From: a bacterium
GTDB lineage: Bacteria > Cyanobacteriota > Vampirovibrionia > Gastranaerophilales > JBAXKC01
Length of the DNA: 64,000 bases
Reading direction: 5' to 3'
Assembly: GCA_037137535.1 (NCBI GenBank)
Contig: JBAXKC010000009.1
Span: 1 to 64,000, forward strand
Shown: one piece after another, positions 1-10,950 of the stretch
How the letters are laid out: every line of letters begins with the position of its first letter
Position numbering within the stretch: the stretch's first letter is position 1
The notes under the pieces: model-generated
Seen by the model: only the letters and a program-made list of their open reading frames with translations
Databases searched by the model: none
What the model was told of the DNA's origin: nothing
Program-made: the position numbers and the translations under genes

Positions 1-75
1 TTGGTGTAGGCGTTGGTGTAGGCGTTGGTGTAGGCGTTGGTGTAGGCGTTGGTGTCGGGGTCGGGGTCGGAGTTG
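1..75 (-). repeat. 12-bp tandem repeat (ttggtgtaggcg)n plus gtcggg repeats encoding a Pro-Thr linker
   Basis: Direct reading; similar PT-coding tracts at ~380-410 and ~710-757. Confidence 0.9.
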
Positions 76-2065
76 CACCAATTGTTCCTGTAGCAACATT
101 AGAATTTGCGGAAGAACCGCTTGCATTTATAGCTTTAACATAAGCATTAAATGTACCTGCTGCACCTTTACCAAGATTTATTGAAGTCCCACCTGCATTA
201 GCGCTTGTAGTTTTAGCCAGACCGTATGTTTTACCGCCATCTCCTGATATATAAACTTGGAAGCCGGTTTCATTAGATGAATTGTCTGTCCAGTTTACAT
301 TTAAGTAAGTACTACCTGTTGTTGCACCTGAAGAGAAAGATAAAGTTGCATTACTTGGTGCTACAAGACCAGTTGGAGCTGGAGTAGGGGTCGGGGTTGG
401 CGTCGGAGCTGTACCTGCAACAGCATTTACTATATTGCTATCTGCTGATTTAACTGTTCCATTAGCAGCAACAACTTTATAGTAGTATGTACCATATGTT
501 GGTGTTGTACCTAGGTTAATTGAAGCAGTTGAAGTATTGGCTGCAACTGCTTGAACAAGTTTGAAGTTACTTTGATCTCCAAATGATTGGTAAACTTCAA
601 ATCCTGTTTCGTTTGAAGAATTATCACTCCAATTTAATGTTGCATACCAAGCACCTGTTGTTGCTCCTTTAGCCATACCAACAGAAAGATTTGAAGCGGC
701 ATTTACTGTTGTTGGTGTTGGGGTAGGGGTTGGTGTCGGAGTAGGTGTTGGGGTTGTTCCTGTTGATTTTAAGACTATACCATCAAAAGATGCTAATGTT
801 ATGCTATTGACAGCTTGACCATCCACGTTTTTATAAACACCTTGAGGAAGATTTACTGTTACAGGACTGGCTTGATCGTTAAGTAATACTTTTCCTGCAT
901 CGAAATCTCTTTCTAAAATACCATCACCTCTGTATCTCGGTCCTTTAGGCATACCTATTTTACCGAGTTTTTCAATGAATGGCTTGATTTCTACTGTATA
1001 ATCTTTACCATCTTTGGTATAGACGGGTAAACCGATGACATTATCTGTTAAGAGAGCCATAGGAACTCTGAATGTAGTGAAAGGCCCTTTAGTATTATCC
1101 CAATAAGTATCCTGACACACTTGACCTGCGGCAGCTGCCTGATCCGAATAATCTAAGTAACCCGCAATACTCTTATCACCTGTTGCAACTCTGTCAATTC
1201 TATCTTCGAGCATGCTTCCATCTCTTGAAGTAAATGCAGCAAAGGTTGGTGAATTACCAATAAGGATTTTATCAGGTGCAAGACTCTTGAATTGAGCACC
1301 TGAAGCATTCCAGCCATCTTGGAGTGCAGTAAAGTCAGCATAAGGAATATTAGGTAATTCGCCCACTCTACTTCTTAGCCAGTTATCAGAAAATATACCG
1401 TCATATCCGCCTAAATCAACAATGCCTTTTGCATGTTGTGCCCAATATTTTTGCATGTCAGCTACTCTTGAATCAAAAAGAGGTCTGGTTGTGTCATTTG
1501 TCCAATAATGCACATAATTTCCACTGGCATCCTTAACTAACAGGTTATGGTCTACGCAATAATCATTTGTTCCTTTATTTTGACCATCAGGTTTTTGCCA
1601 AAAATCCCAGTTAGGATAACTTTTATTTGATTCATATGTCCAAGCGTCAGTCATATTAAGATATGGAAGTACATATACTTTTCTACCGAGAGCTGAAGCT
1701 GCTGCATAAATATCATTTTTAGTTTTTAAAAGACCTTTAGTTGGATTTGCAATACTGTCTCTATTGTCTAAGAATAAATCTACAACACTACCTCCGCCAC
1801 GGTTAAGAGAAACATAATCTAAATACTTTGCAATAAATTGAACGGTAGCAGCATGATCAACCCCTGCGATTGCTCCCGCTTCTGATACATTCCACTGATT
1901 ACCCATTATTCTTGGATATGGTCTGGACATAATTTCTTTCATAGCTGCGGGATAAGTCGCTGCCTGTGCTTTATCCATCCCACCCATAAACGGTAATCCT
2001 TGCATACAAAGCATTGTTAAACCCAAAACTGCAGATAATGTTTTTGTTAATTTTTTCTTCTTCAT
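1..2065 (-). CDS. Secreted putative glycoside hydrolase (TIM-barrel, GHL15-like) with Pro-Thr linkers and fibronectin type III-like repeats; 3' end runs off the window
   Basis: Not in the ORF track because the frame is open to the window edge. Hand translation from ATG at 2065: MKKKKLTKTLSAVLGLTMLCMQG..AQA (signal peptide), GYDGIFSDN motif, ILERDFDAGKVLLN, then (PT)n linkers separating two LNW[S/T]DNSSNETGF[E/Q]VY-type modules. Confidence 0.75.
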   Translation of the reverse strand, partial: MKKKKLTKTLSAVLGLTMLCMQGLPFMGGMDKAQAATYPAAMKEIMSRPYPRIMGNQWNVSEAGAIAGVDHAATVQFIAKYLDYVSLNRGGGSVVDLFLDNRDSIANPTKGLLKTKNDIYAAASALGRKVYVLPYLNMTDAWTYESNKSYPNWDFWQKPDGQNKGTNDYCVDHNLLVKDASGNYVHYWTNDTTRPLFDSRVADMQKYWAQHAKGIVDLGGYDGIFSDNWLRSRVGELPNIPYADFTALQDGWNASGAQFKSLAPDKILIGNSPTFAAFTSRDGSMLEDRIDRVATGDKSIAGYLDYSDQAAAAGQVCQDTYWDNTKGPFTTFRVPMALLTDNVIGLPVYTKDGKDYTVEIKPFIEKLGKIGMPKGPRYRGDGILERDFDAGKVLLNDQASPVTVNLPQGVYKNVDGQAVNSITLASFDGIVLKSTGTTPTPTPTPTPTPTPTTVNAASNLSVGMAKGATTGAWYATLNWSDNSSNETGFEVYQSFGDQSNFKLVQAVAANTSTASINLGTTPTYGTYYYKVVAANGTVKSADSNIVNAVAGTAPTPTPTPTPAPTGLVAPSNATLSFSSGATTGSTYLNVNWTDNSSNETGFQVYISGDGGKTYGLAKTTSANAGGTSINLGKGAAGTFNAYVKAINASGSSANSNVATGTIGATPTPTPTPTPTPTPTPTPTPTPTP

Positions 2066-2335
2066 AACTATTTGTTTTTCCCCTAAGTTGATTTTAATAA
2101 TTTAACCTGTCTTTTAATAAGGTTTTTAGTTTGTGATGAGTGTACTACTTATTATTTATATTTTTAATTAATATAATAGGTAGTTTTTTAAATTAATGCC
2201 TCCATCTTGTGCTCGCTAATAAATATTTTGCATATTTATAAAAATTTTTGTATATTATTTCCTTAACTATTTTTCTAACCCTGTATGGGTCAATATAAAA
2301 AACAATAATAAAAGTTTACAAAACGTAATTTATTA

Positions 2336-2686
2336 TTAATGAGATGTAATTGGAATCAATTGTTCAGTAACACCATTAGTCGTATTTATAGAGCTATTAG
2401 TATTAACATTTGTTGTTGTAGTTGAAGGCGGTGCGTTTACATTTACAGGTGGAGTATAAACTACAGGCGGTGTATAAGTGGCATTAACAGGTTGCTGATA
2501 ATTATACATACCATTTTGCTGTGGATAAGGTGCAAATTTGTCTATAACTTTTGAGCCTATATTATAGATGGCTTTTTGCATAAGCTGATCAAGCACTCCA
2601 TTCACAAGTGCAGCGTTTGCGTAAACTGAGCTGTTAACAACAGCAAACATTAAAATCACACCAGATAAGATAATCTTTTTTTTCAT
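2336..2686 (-). CDS. Hypothetical secreted protein with Pro/Thr/Asn-rich C-terminus
   Basis: N-terminal signal peptide (MKKKIILSG..VYA), YTPPV repeated, GAGG RBS upstream. Confidence 0.7.
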   Translation of the reverse strand: MKKKIILSGVILMFAVVNSSVYANAALVNGVLDQLMQKAIYNIGSKVIDKFAPYPQQNGMYNYQQPVNATYTPPVVYTPPVNVNAPPSTTTTNVNTNSSINTTNGVTEQLIPITSH

Positions 2687-2950
2687 ACTTTTGAACCTCT
2701 AACTTAGTAATTCTTTTTCAAAAAAATTCGCTCTAAACAAAATTATATATTCTATTATTTTAAAAAACCAATCATTTGCTTGTATTCTTTTCTGAAAATC
2801 CAAAATCTCATACAAATAATGTAAAAATAAAGGGGAGTTTTAAAATTTTTATTTATATTTCAACTAATAGCGGTTATTATATAAAAATGATAATTTTGTA
2901 TTATCCAAAAATTTGTTTGAAGGTTCATTATTATTCGGAGTTAATCTTAA

Positions 2951-3943
2951 ATGCGTCGTGTTATAACCCTTGAGCTTGTTGGGCAAGAAGTTCTCTCTTA
3001 TGATCTTTTTGATGAAGAGGGTAATGTTGTTTATACAAGTGGAGACCAATTAACTCCTAATTTATTAATGATGCTTAATTTTAAGAAAATCTATCGTAAA
3101 GATGAACCTCTGCCTGAAAAAAAAGATGCAATTCTTGATCTTATTCAAGATGACCATGTAATAACTGAAAAAAGTATTCAACAAAGCGACAGAAAAAAAA
3201 GTTTTAAAAAATCTGAATTAAAATCGGCAATCTCTTCTAAGGCAACAGAATATCTGATTAAAAGTACCAAAAATATTCTTCAAGATATTACTGATGGCAA
3301 AACACCTGATGTTTCGGCATGTTCTGCTGTAAGAGATATTGTATTAAATGAAGTCAGCGAGAAACTTGAGAAAATAGAATGTATTGGACAGTTAAGAGTA
3401 TTTGATGAGTACACTTTTTCTCATACGATTAACGTCTCAACAATTAGCTCTGCTATTGCATTGACAATGAAAATGAGCGAAAAAGAAATAGAAGATCTAT
3501 CGCTTGGGGCTTTGCTTCATGATATCGGGAAAATGAGAATTCCAATTGAAATATTAAATAAACCGGGAAAACTTGAGCCGGAAGAATTTGACATAATGAA
3601 ATCTCATACAGTACATGGTTATAAAATTATTACTAATGAAATGTATTTACCTGAAAAAATTGCAAAAGTAGCTTTAGAACATCAGGAAAAATACGGTGGA
3701 ACAGGTTATCCAAACAAGCTAAAAGGCAAAGAGATTTCTGTCTTTGCCCAAATTGCTTCTATTGCTGATGTGTTTGATGCTTTAGTATCTAAAAGAGTGT
3801 ATAAACAGCCTATGCCACAACATGAAGCCTTAAAAATAATGCTTTCCGAAGGTAGTGCCTCATTTAATCCTTTTATGTTGTATAAATTTGTTTATCTGGC
3901 AAATTATAAAGATGCATCAAGTCTTTTAGTTGAAGAAGAATAA
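2951..3943 (+). CDS. HD-GYP domain c-di-GMP phosphodiesterase
   Basis: YTFSHTINV, LLHDIGK, HQEKYGGTGYP, IADVFDAL, RVYK motifs. Confidence 0.9.
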   Translation: MRRVITLELVGQEVLSYDLFDEEGNVVYTSGDQLTPNLLMMLNFKKIYRKDEPLPEKKDAILDLIQDDHVITEKSIQQSDRKKSFKKSELKSAISSKATEYLIKSTKNILQDITDGKTPDVSACSAVRDIVLNEVSEKLEKIECIGQLRVFDEYTFSHTINVSTISSAIALTMKMSEKEIEDLSLGALLHDIGKMRIPIEILNKPGKLEPEEFDIMKSHTVHGYKIITNEMYLPEKIAKVALEHQEKYGGTGYPNKLKGKEISVFAQIASIADVFDALVSKRVYKQPMPQHEALKIMLSEGSASFNPFMLYKFVYLANYKDASSLLVEEE

Positions 3944-3945
3944 AT

Positions 3946-4347
3946 TTAAAGAAGTTTATCTTTTAATTCTTCTGTAGCTTTCATCCATTCATCTTCATTA
4001 ATGGTACAAGCATGATTCCAGAATTGTTCCAGTGCATAGAATTGTCTTTCTTCTTTATGAAGAACGTGAATAATTACATCACTATAATCTACAAGATTCC
4101 AACGATTTTTCAAGTCATTTTCAGATCTGGTAGGAAGCATTTCATAATTTTCTTTTATTTTGTCTTTTATTGATTCTGTTAAGGTTCTAACCTGTGTTGT
4201 ACTGTCTGCACTGCAAATTACAAAATAATCAGCTACAACGGATACATTACTGATATTCAGAATCATAATTTCTTTTGCTAACTTATTATCAAGGATTCTG
4301 GCACTTATACATGCTAATTCGTATGAACTTAACTGTGTCAAAATCAT
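3946..4347 (-). CDS. rsfS: Ribosome silencing factor RsfS
   Basis: ADYFVICSADSTTQV, WNLVDYSDVIIHV, RQFYALEQFW motifs. Confidence 0.92.
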   Translation of the reverse strand: MILTQLSSYELACISARILDNKLAKEIMILNISNVSVVADYFVICSADSTTQVRTLTESIKDKIKENYEMLPTRSENDLKNRWNLVDYSDVIIHVLHKEERQFYALEQFWNHACTINEDEWMKATEELKDKLL

Positions 4348-4494
4348 TCTCCTTCTTTAAAAAACATTAACTGTAAATAAAACTATATTATAAAAACAGT
4401 TTATTCAATGTAAAATTTATGTTAATAGTGGTGTTTTAGATAAAATAGTTACTTAAGTTTAGTTTAATTTAAAAATTTGGAAATACATAGAATT

Positions 4495-5817
4495 ATGAAT
4501 AAAAAAGTTTATATTGAAACTCTGGGCTGTCAAATGAATAAATCAGATACTGAAAGAATACTTGGTATCCTTGAGCTTGAAGGTTATGAAGAAACAAAAG
4601 ACTCCAAAGCCGCTAATTTATTAATTATTAATACTTGCAGCATTAGAGGAGCTTCAGAAGATAAGGCTTATAGCCATCTTGGTGTTTGGGGCAAACGTAA
4701 AAGAAAAAATCCTGAGATGAATATAAAAATAGCAATGTGCGGATGTGTTGCTCAACAAACAAAAGAACAAATTTTCAGAAGAGCTCCTTATGTTGATTTA
4801 ATATTCGGAACTCATAATATAGATGAACTGCCTAAACTTATTAAAAAAGTAGAAGAGGACGAAAAAGTCTGTTCAATTCATAAAACTCAATACAAAGATG
4901 AAAATGGCGGTTTTATGATTAAAAGAAAAGAAGGAATTTCAGCTTGGCTACCTATAATTGAAGGCTGTGATTATTTCTGCACTTACTGCGTAGTTCCTCA
5001 TACAAGAGGCAGACAAAGAAGCAGACTTCCTCAAGAAATAATCAATGAAGCAAGAGAAATAGCAAAAGAAGGCTTTAAGGAAATAATTCTTTTAGGTCAA
5101 ACCGTTGATTCTTACGGAAAAGATTTAGATGATGAAACTGCAACACTTTCTTATTTATTAAAAGAAATTAATAAAATTGATGAAGTTATAAGAATTCGTT
5201 TTCTAACTTCTCACCCTGCTGACATGGACGAGGAGCTAATCAAAACAGTTGCAGGACTAGATAAGGTTTGTGAATATTTCCACATTCCTATGCAATCAGG
5301 AAGCGATGCTATTCTTGAAAAAATGAGAAGACCCTATACAAGAGCTGAATTTCTTGATTTAGTAAATATGATAAAAAAATATATGCCTGAAGTCGGCATT
5401 ACCTCTGATTTTATAGCAGGATTCCCTGGGGAAACAGAAGAAGATTTTAATGATACATTATCAATTATTGATGAAGTAGTTTTTGATTATTGTAACGGAG
5501 CAGCCTATTCACCAAGACGACAAACACCTGCTGCTGTATGGAAAAACCAACTTCCAACCGAAGAGAAGAAACAAAGACTTTATATTTTAAATGACAAAAT
5601 AAAAGAAGCCATTCAAATAACCAACGATAGATGCGTAGGAAAAACTATGGAAATTCTAGTTGATGGCGTTAATGAAAAAGGCGAATTAAATATGAATGGC
5701 AGAACACGAAGTAATAAAATTGTTCACTTTATCGGCGATAAATCTTTAATTGGCACGCTAATTAATGTAAAAATAACAGAAGCTGCACCTTGGTGTTTAA
5801 AAGGGGAGATAGTTTAA
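4495..5817 (+). CDS. miaB: tRNA-2-methylthio-N6-isopentenyladenosine synthase MiaB
   Basis: ETLGCQMN, NTCSIR, GCDYFCTYC radical SAM motif, C-terminal TRAM; start placed at ATG 4495 (MNKKVY). Confidence 0.95.
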   Translation: MNKKVYIETLGCQMNKSDTERILGILELEGYEETKDSKAANLLIINTCSIRGASEDKAYSHLGVWGKRKRKNPEMNIKIAMCGCVAQQTKEQIFRRAPYVDLIFGTHNIDELPKLIKKVEEDEKVCSIHKTQYKDENGGFMIKRKEGISAWLPIIEGCDYFCTYCVVPHTRGRQRSRLPQEIINEAREIAKEGFKEIILLGQTVDSYGKDLDDETATLSYLLKEINKIDEVIRIRFLTSHPADMDEELIKTVAGLDKVCEYFHIPMQSGSDAILEKMRRPYTRAEFLDLVNMIKKYMPEVGITSDFIAGFPGETEEDFNDTLSIIDEVVFDYCNGAAYSPRRQTPAAVWKNQLPTEEKKQRLYILNDKIKEAIQITNDRCVGKTMEILVDGVNEKGELNMNGRTRSNKIVHFIGDKSLIGTLINVKITEAAPWCLKGEIV

Positions 5818-5945
5818 ATTTTAAAAAATTACAACTTTAGTAAAAACAAGGTTTATAATCATTATGGGCTGGTTTTACAACTGCTAATATTAGAATTATT
5901 ATAAGGTTGTATGGTAGGGTTCGGGAATAGGATAAAAAAGATTTT

Positions 5946-6650
5946 ATGAGTGAAGGAAGAAAAGAATCAGTTTTAGATTTATTTTTAAAAGATAAACTTA
6001 TAGGAAAACCTGAATTTTCAGAGCCAATATATGGAGCTGGAGCAGAAGGTTTTGGAATATATAATGATGATAAATCTCATCGTTATTATCTTTACATTGA
6101 CCTTAAAAATGATAATACTAAAAATATTCTTACTGCCATTATGCTTAATCCTTCAGAAAAAGCCTTTGATGGGGCATTTGATGCAACGGTTACTGCTGTC
6201 ATTGAAATTGCACGAAAATCTCATATTAATAAGGAGCTTGCAAAGTTTTCAGCAGTTGAAATTATAAATTTATTTTCTTACAAAGAGCCTAACGCTAAAA
6301 AAGCTGAAGAATATTGGCAAAATAATAAAATTAACGTAAATTTTATAAAGAAATTTCTAAGTGAAGAGAATAGATTTAATAATCCAATACTGATTGCATG
6401 GGGTAATAAGGGATGTAAGGTTGGTAAAGAAAATTTTATAGATATTATTACCGCTATTAATAATTACTCTGGCAATCTTTATGCTTATTACATTAATGGG
6501 ACTAAAAAAAATGAATTAAAAGAATATCGCCTTAAACCAATTCTAGAAAAACAACCTACCCATCCTAGTCCAAGAAATAAGCAACAATTAAATAAATTTT
6601 TTGAAAATCCAGAATTAATACTAATAACAAAAGAACCAAAAGACACATAA
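5946..6650 (+). CDS. DUF1643-like protein
   Basis: HRYYL, IMLNPS, INLFS, IAWG and HP motifs typical of DUF1643. Confidence 0.6.
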   Translation: MSEGRKESVLDLFLKDKLIGKPEFSEPIYGAGAEGFGIYNDDKSHRYYLYIDLKNDNTKNILTAIMLNPSEKAFDGAFDATVTAVIEIARKSHINKELAKFSAVEIINLFSYKEPNAKKAEEYWQNNKINVNFIKKFLSEENRFNNPILIAWGNKGCKVGKENFIDIITAINNYSGNLYAYYINGTKKNELKEYRLKPILEKQPTHPSPRNKQQLNKFFENPELILITKEPKDT

Positions 6651-6673
6651 TAATAATTGCGATTATATGTCGT

Positions 6674-6945
6674 TAATAATCGGTATTGTTTTTTTGTTTG
6701 AATGATTTTAGCTGTTCTTCTGATATTTTTTATTCTGAAATAAATAAACCTATAATCTTTATATTTTCTTCTTTAGCAGTATCTCCACTGTTTTTTATTA
6801 TCAATAGAACTTGTCAAGATAATCAGAAAAATTTGTTAATACAATTCTTATCAGTAAAATTTAAAATACAGTTGGCGATTGAAGAAAAATCGTTCAACAT
6901 TCCATGAGAACATCAAAATCTAAAACCATTTTTATAGCTTTATGC
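6674..6945 (-). pseudogene. Possible degraded gene remnant
   Basis: One minus-strand frame reads protein-like (SHGMLNDFSSIANCILNFTDKNCINKFF*..IKNSGDTAKEENIKIIGLFISE*KISEEQLKSF) but has several in-frame stops. Confidence 0.25.
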
Positions 6946-7155
6946 TTATTAAAAGTTAAATAAAATAGATTCTTACTTGAAAAAAATACTCTTAGAAACC
7001 ATTAACGCTCATACATCGAAATTTTCTTGTAATTGAAATAAATAATGCTTTCTTAATATACGAGATTTTTTATTAATTCAAATAGCAATTCAAGAAGCTT
7101 GTTTGTTTTTATATCAATAAGAGCGGTTTGATATTAGTAAAGAGGAAAAATATAC

Positions 7156-7998
7156 ATGCATGTTTCAGCATACAACAAGCCGTATATCCATTTAGCCGCT
7201 GAGAATAAATCATCAGCAGATAAATCAGCGCCCCCTTTAACTACAAAAAAAGCACATCATAAAAAACACACATCATGGTGTCAAAAACAACATGCATCCT
7301 CGCAGCATAAACAACACAGCTTCTCGAATCACAATAAACATACATCACATAACGCAACTAAAACAAATATCGCCGCAAATACAAATCCATTTACAGAGAT
7401 TAATAATGTGGCTTCAGTTCCTGTAAATAAACCTTCAGATTTAACAAATCCTTTTGCTCAAGCAACTAATAATATGCCTACTGGTAATATTAATAAAGCA
7501 AATCTAGATCCTAATGCTCCTACGTTGGTTTATGGGGATTCTACCTCTGAACAATTAGGTAAAAAACTTGGAGGTCCAAACTTAGGAATTGTAGGTGCAG
7601 GATTTTATGCAAAAAAATTAGCTCCTGTTTCACAAATACCTGCTAATACAAAACAAATTCTAATAAGTATGGGCTACAACGATTATGATGATGCTACTAA
7701 ATCTCCTGAACAATATATAAACAGAACCAAAAATCTGATAAATGAGATGAAAGCTCAAGCTCCCGGTGTTAAAATAGCCGTTTTAAGCATAAAAGGAACA
7801 ACCAAAAGCAAAGATGAAAATGATAAAATAGCAAAGATGAATGAAATATTAAAAAATATTGCTTCTAAAGAAGGTTTACAATTTGTTGATCTGGGAGATA
7901 CAGGCAATATTAAATGTTCGGACGGAATTCACTTTAAAGATAATAATAAATATGCTGAAGCAGTTAAACAAGCTTTAAATAAGCAATTTAACGGATAA
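7156..7998 (+). CDS. SGNH/GDSL-family hydrolase with a low-complexity His/Ser/Asn-rich N-terminal extension
   Basis: GDS (VYGDST), GxND (MGYND) and DxxH (DGIH) blocks; AGAGGA RBS. Confidence 0.8.
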   Translation: MHVSAYNKPYIHLAAENKSSADKSAPPLTTKKAHHKKHTSWCQKQHASSQHKQHSFSNHNKHTSHNATKTNIAANTNPFTEINNVASVPVNKPSDLTNPFAQATNNMPTGNINKANLDPNAPTLVYGDSTSEQLGKKLGGPNLGIVGAGFYAKKLAPVSQIPANTKQILISMGYNDYDDATKSPEQYINRTKNLINEMKAQAPGVKIAVLSIKGTTKSKDENDKIAKMNEILKNIASKEGLQFVDLGDTGNIKCSDGIHFKDNNKYAEAVKQALNKQFNG

Positions 7999-8044
7999 TT
8001 TCAGGTAGAAAAAAATAACTGATTTATTTAAATTTTCCAAAGAC

Positions 8045-8080
8045 TCCTAACGAATATTTGATTATTTGAATTCGTTAGGA
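8045..8080. terminator. Inverted repeat between convergent genes, likely terminator
   Basis: tcctaacgaat ... attcgttagga (11-bp arms). Confidence 0.5.
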
Positions 8081-8287
8081 ATCATTGCTCTATTGTAATT
8101 AATCTGATCGTTTTGCATTTTTTAAAACTTGAAAACAGGAGGAAAAGATTGAAAGTTTTTTAATCTCAAAAAAAATAATATTAAAAATTCAGTTCGAATA
8201 AGATTTAAAATCTTTTGTAACTATGATACTTGAAGTTATAGATTGACTATTAGTCATATTATAATATTATTCTATTTTAAATATTTT

Positions 8288-9184
8288 TTATTTTAATATT
8301 TGTTTTAAGATTAATTGGCTATAATTTTTTTGATCATTAATCACAGAATTATTCTCTTTTATATTTAGTGCTTTTTGAATATATTTTTTAGAGAGTCTGT
8401 ACTCCTTTTCAGTAAGATAAATTCTAGCTAAGCGATTATAAGATTTGATTAAATAAATAGGATTATCATCATTTTTTTCAAGCGATAATATTATTTGTTT
8501 ATAAGACTCTTCAGCTAAATTATAATCTCTAGCTTGAAAATAAACTTCTGCTAATTGAAAATTTATATCTTGAAGTAAAGCTTTATAATCAAGCTTATAT
8601 TTACTATATAAGCTTAATGCTTTATTATAATACTTTATAGATGAACGATAATCTTGTTGTTTAGCCTTTAGAAGCCCATATTCAAGATATGTGGTTACAT
8701 AATTTTCTTTATCTACTAATTCATAATGTGATTCCTTGGTGCTTGAATATATTTCTAATATTTCTTTTAATATCTGTTCTGCTTCCGCATCTTTATTTTC
8801 TTGAATATAACAGTTTGCAAATTTTCCAAGCATTGAGACTTTTAACAACTTATTATAATAATTTATTTTAATAGCCTTTTTATATAAAAGTTCTGCTTTA
8901 TTTAAATCTTTATGTCTTAAATAATATTCGGCAGTAAATTCATAACATGTAGAAATGGTTAAATCTTGATAATCAATGTTCTTATTGTTATTTAATAATT
9001 TACTGCAAATTTTTACACTTTTATCTAATTGATTGGTCTTATAATAATTTAAAGCTGAGTAATATATATTTGCATGCTGTGAAATCAGATAAAACTTAGG
9101 TATAAGGCTAACAGCGAAGTAAAATATAATTCCTATTACTGCTAAGACAATAAATACTAAAACTGTTTTCTTATTATTTTGCAT
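8288..9184 (-). CDS. Membrane-anchored TPR protein
   Basis: N-terminal hydrophobic helix; repeated AxxxYxKAL TPR patterns. Confidence 0.8.
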   Translation of the reverse strand: MQNNKKTVLVFIVLAVIGIIFYFAVSLIPKFYLISQHANIYYSALNYYKTNQLDKSVKICSKLLNNNKNIDYQDLTISTCYEFTAEYYLRHKDLNKAELLYKKAIKINYYNKLLKVSMLGKFANCYIQENKDAEAEQILKEILEIYSSTKESHYELVDKENYVTTYLEYGLLKAKQQDYRSSIKYYNKALSLYSKYKLDYKALLQDINFQLAEVYFQARDYNLAEESYKQIILSLEKNDDNPIYLIKSYNRLARIYLTEKEYRLSKKYIQKALNIKENNSVINDQKNYSQLILKQILK

Positions 9185-9591
9185 ATTATTTCCTTTAGTT
9201 TAAAAAGTTTAACCTGTAATTTGTAATCTATTTTTTCCCTATATAATTAAAACATCACCATAATAATATTTACTTCAATGTAACTAATAATTACAAAATA
9301 ACTATTCTTGTAATTATAGCTTTAAAAGAGTAATAATTATGCGTGTTTTGTCTCATCTTATTTAATCTTATAGATATTTATAGCCTTCATAAAAGGACTC
9401 ATAATAAGCTGAAAAAAGTTTACAGATGAATTCAGTCATTAAAATTTTCTCTTGATAAAATAATTTATTCATTATGAAAACTTTATTTAACATAACTAAC
9501 CAATTAGAGATATACATAAGACTAATTAAAATAAAATTATTTTTTCTTAAACTGCTACTAGTACACTTCAAAAAATAATAGTGAGTAGAAA

Positions 9592-10851
9592 ATGAAAATA
9601 ATAACAGCAAGTAAATTTTATTATCAACGAGCAGGTCTTGAGTCTTATTTATTGAAAATAACGGATAGCTTAAGGCAAAACGGACATGAAGTTATTCCAT
9701 TTTCTACAAATTATAGAAAAAATATTAAAACTCAATTTGATGATTATTTTACAGAATACATTGAACTCGGCGGCGATGAAAATATAGGAATTAGCGATAA
9801 AATAAAAGCCTTATCAAAAATTTTATATAACTTTGAAGCGGCTAATAAGATTAAAGAGCTAATACATCATACAAAACCTGATGTATTATGGGGATTTGGA
9901 GTTCACAGACATCTTTCGCCTTCAATTTTTGTTGAAGCAAAAAAACATTCGATTCCTGTAATTCATAGATTATCTGACTACGCAATAATATGCCCTGATT
10001 CAAGATTAACAAAAGGTAATGATGCCACATGCGATTTGCTTTGCCCATTGAAAGGCTATCATAATGCGATAATTAATAGATGCGTAAGACAGGCGGCAGC
10101 AACTGATGCATCAAAGAAACCGTCAATGGCGGCAAGTACAGTAGGAGCTTTAGAGTTATTTGTTCACAATAAATTAGGATTATATAAAAATAACGTAAAC
10201 AAATTTATTGCTCCCAGTAACTTTTTAAGAGAAGTAATGATAAAAAGTGGAATCCCTGAAGAAAAAATAATCCATATACCAGTCTTTGTTGATAATAATT
10301 TATACAGTCCAAATTATAATAATAAAAATTATATATTGTATTTTGGCAGACTAAGCAGAGAAAAAGGCTTGCCAATATTGCTTGAAGCAATGAGCAAATT
10401 AAAAACCCATAAGCTTGTCATCGTAGGAGATGGACCGCAAAGAGAACATTTAGAAAAAATAAAAGAAGAAAAAAACCTGTTTAATGTTGTTTTTACAGGA
10501 AAAATGTATGGCGATGACTTAAAAGAAATAGTAGCAAATGCAAAGTTTGTAGTTGTTCCATCAATATGGTATGACAATTCACCAAATGTAATACTTGAAG
10601 CAAATGCACTTGGTAAGCCTGTTCTTGCCGCCGAAATTGGAGGAATTCCAGAATATATAAACCAAAATATAGATGGACTACTATATAAATACGATAATGT
10701 AGATGAATTAGCCGAAAAAATAGACTTTTTAATGGCACAAACAACTTATTGCAAAGAACTGGGAAAAGAAGCAAGACATAAAATTAGCACACATTATAAT
10801 CCAGATGTTCATTACGAAAAAATTCAAAATCTATTATATTCATTGAATTAA
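9592..10851 (+). CDS. Glycosyltransferase family 4 (GT-B)
   Basis: YFGRLSREKG, VVPSIWYDNSPNVILEANALGKPV, GGIPE motifs. Confidence 0.9.
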   Translation: MKIITASKFYYQRAGLESYLLKITDSLRQNGHEVIPFSTNYRKNIKTQFDDYFTEYIELGGDENIGISDKIKALSKILYNFEAANKIKELIHHTKPDVLWGFGVHRHLSPSIFVEAKKHSIPVIHRLSDYAIICPDSRLTKGNDATCDLLCPLKGYHNAIINRCVRQAAATDASKKPSMAASTVGALELFVHNKLGLYKNNVNKFIAPSNFLREVMIKSGIPEEKIIHIPVFVDNNLYSPNYNNKNYILYFGRLSREKGLPILLEAMSKLKTHKLVIVGDGPQREHLEKIKEEKNLFNVVFTGKMYGDDLKEIVANAKFVVVPSIWYDNSPNVILEANALGKPVLAAEIGGIPEYINQNIDGLLYKYDNVDELAEKIDFLMAQTTYCKELGKEARHKISTHYNPDVHYEKIQNLLYSLN

Positions 10852-10950
10852 TAAGCTAAAAAAACGATTTAATTTAATCGAAAATTCTGATGCAAATTTA
10901 TTCAAATCCAGAAAATATATTAACTATAAAAAGAGAAAGAAAAATAGACT

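Noticed and set aside
1-75. Tandem repeat at the window start as a possible CRISPR or VNTR element
   Set aside because: No spacers; it encodes the in-frame Pro-Thr linker of the minus-strand gene
1153-1341. 62-aa minus-strand ORF
   Set aside because: Alternative frame inside the long glycoside-hydrolase-like gene
6686-6907. 73-aa plus-strand ORF
   Set aside because: No RBS or recognisable features; likely the antisense of a degraded minus-strand frame
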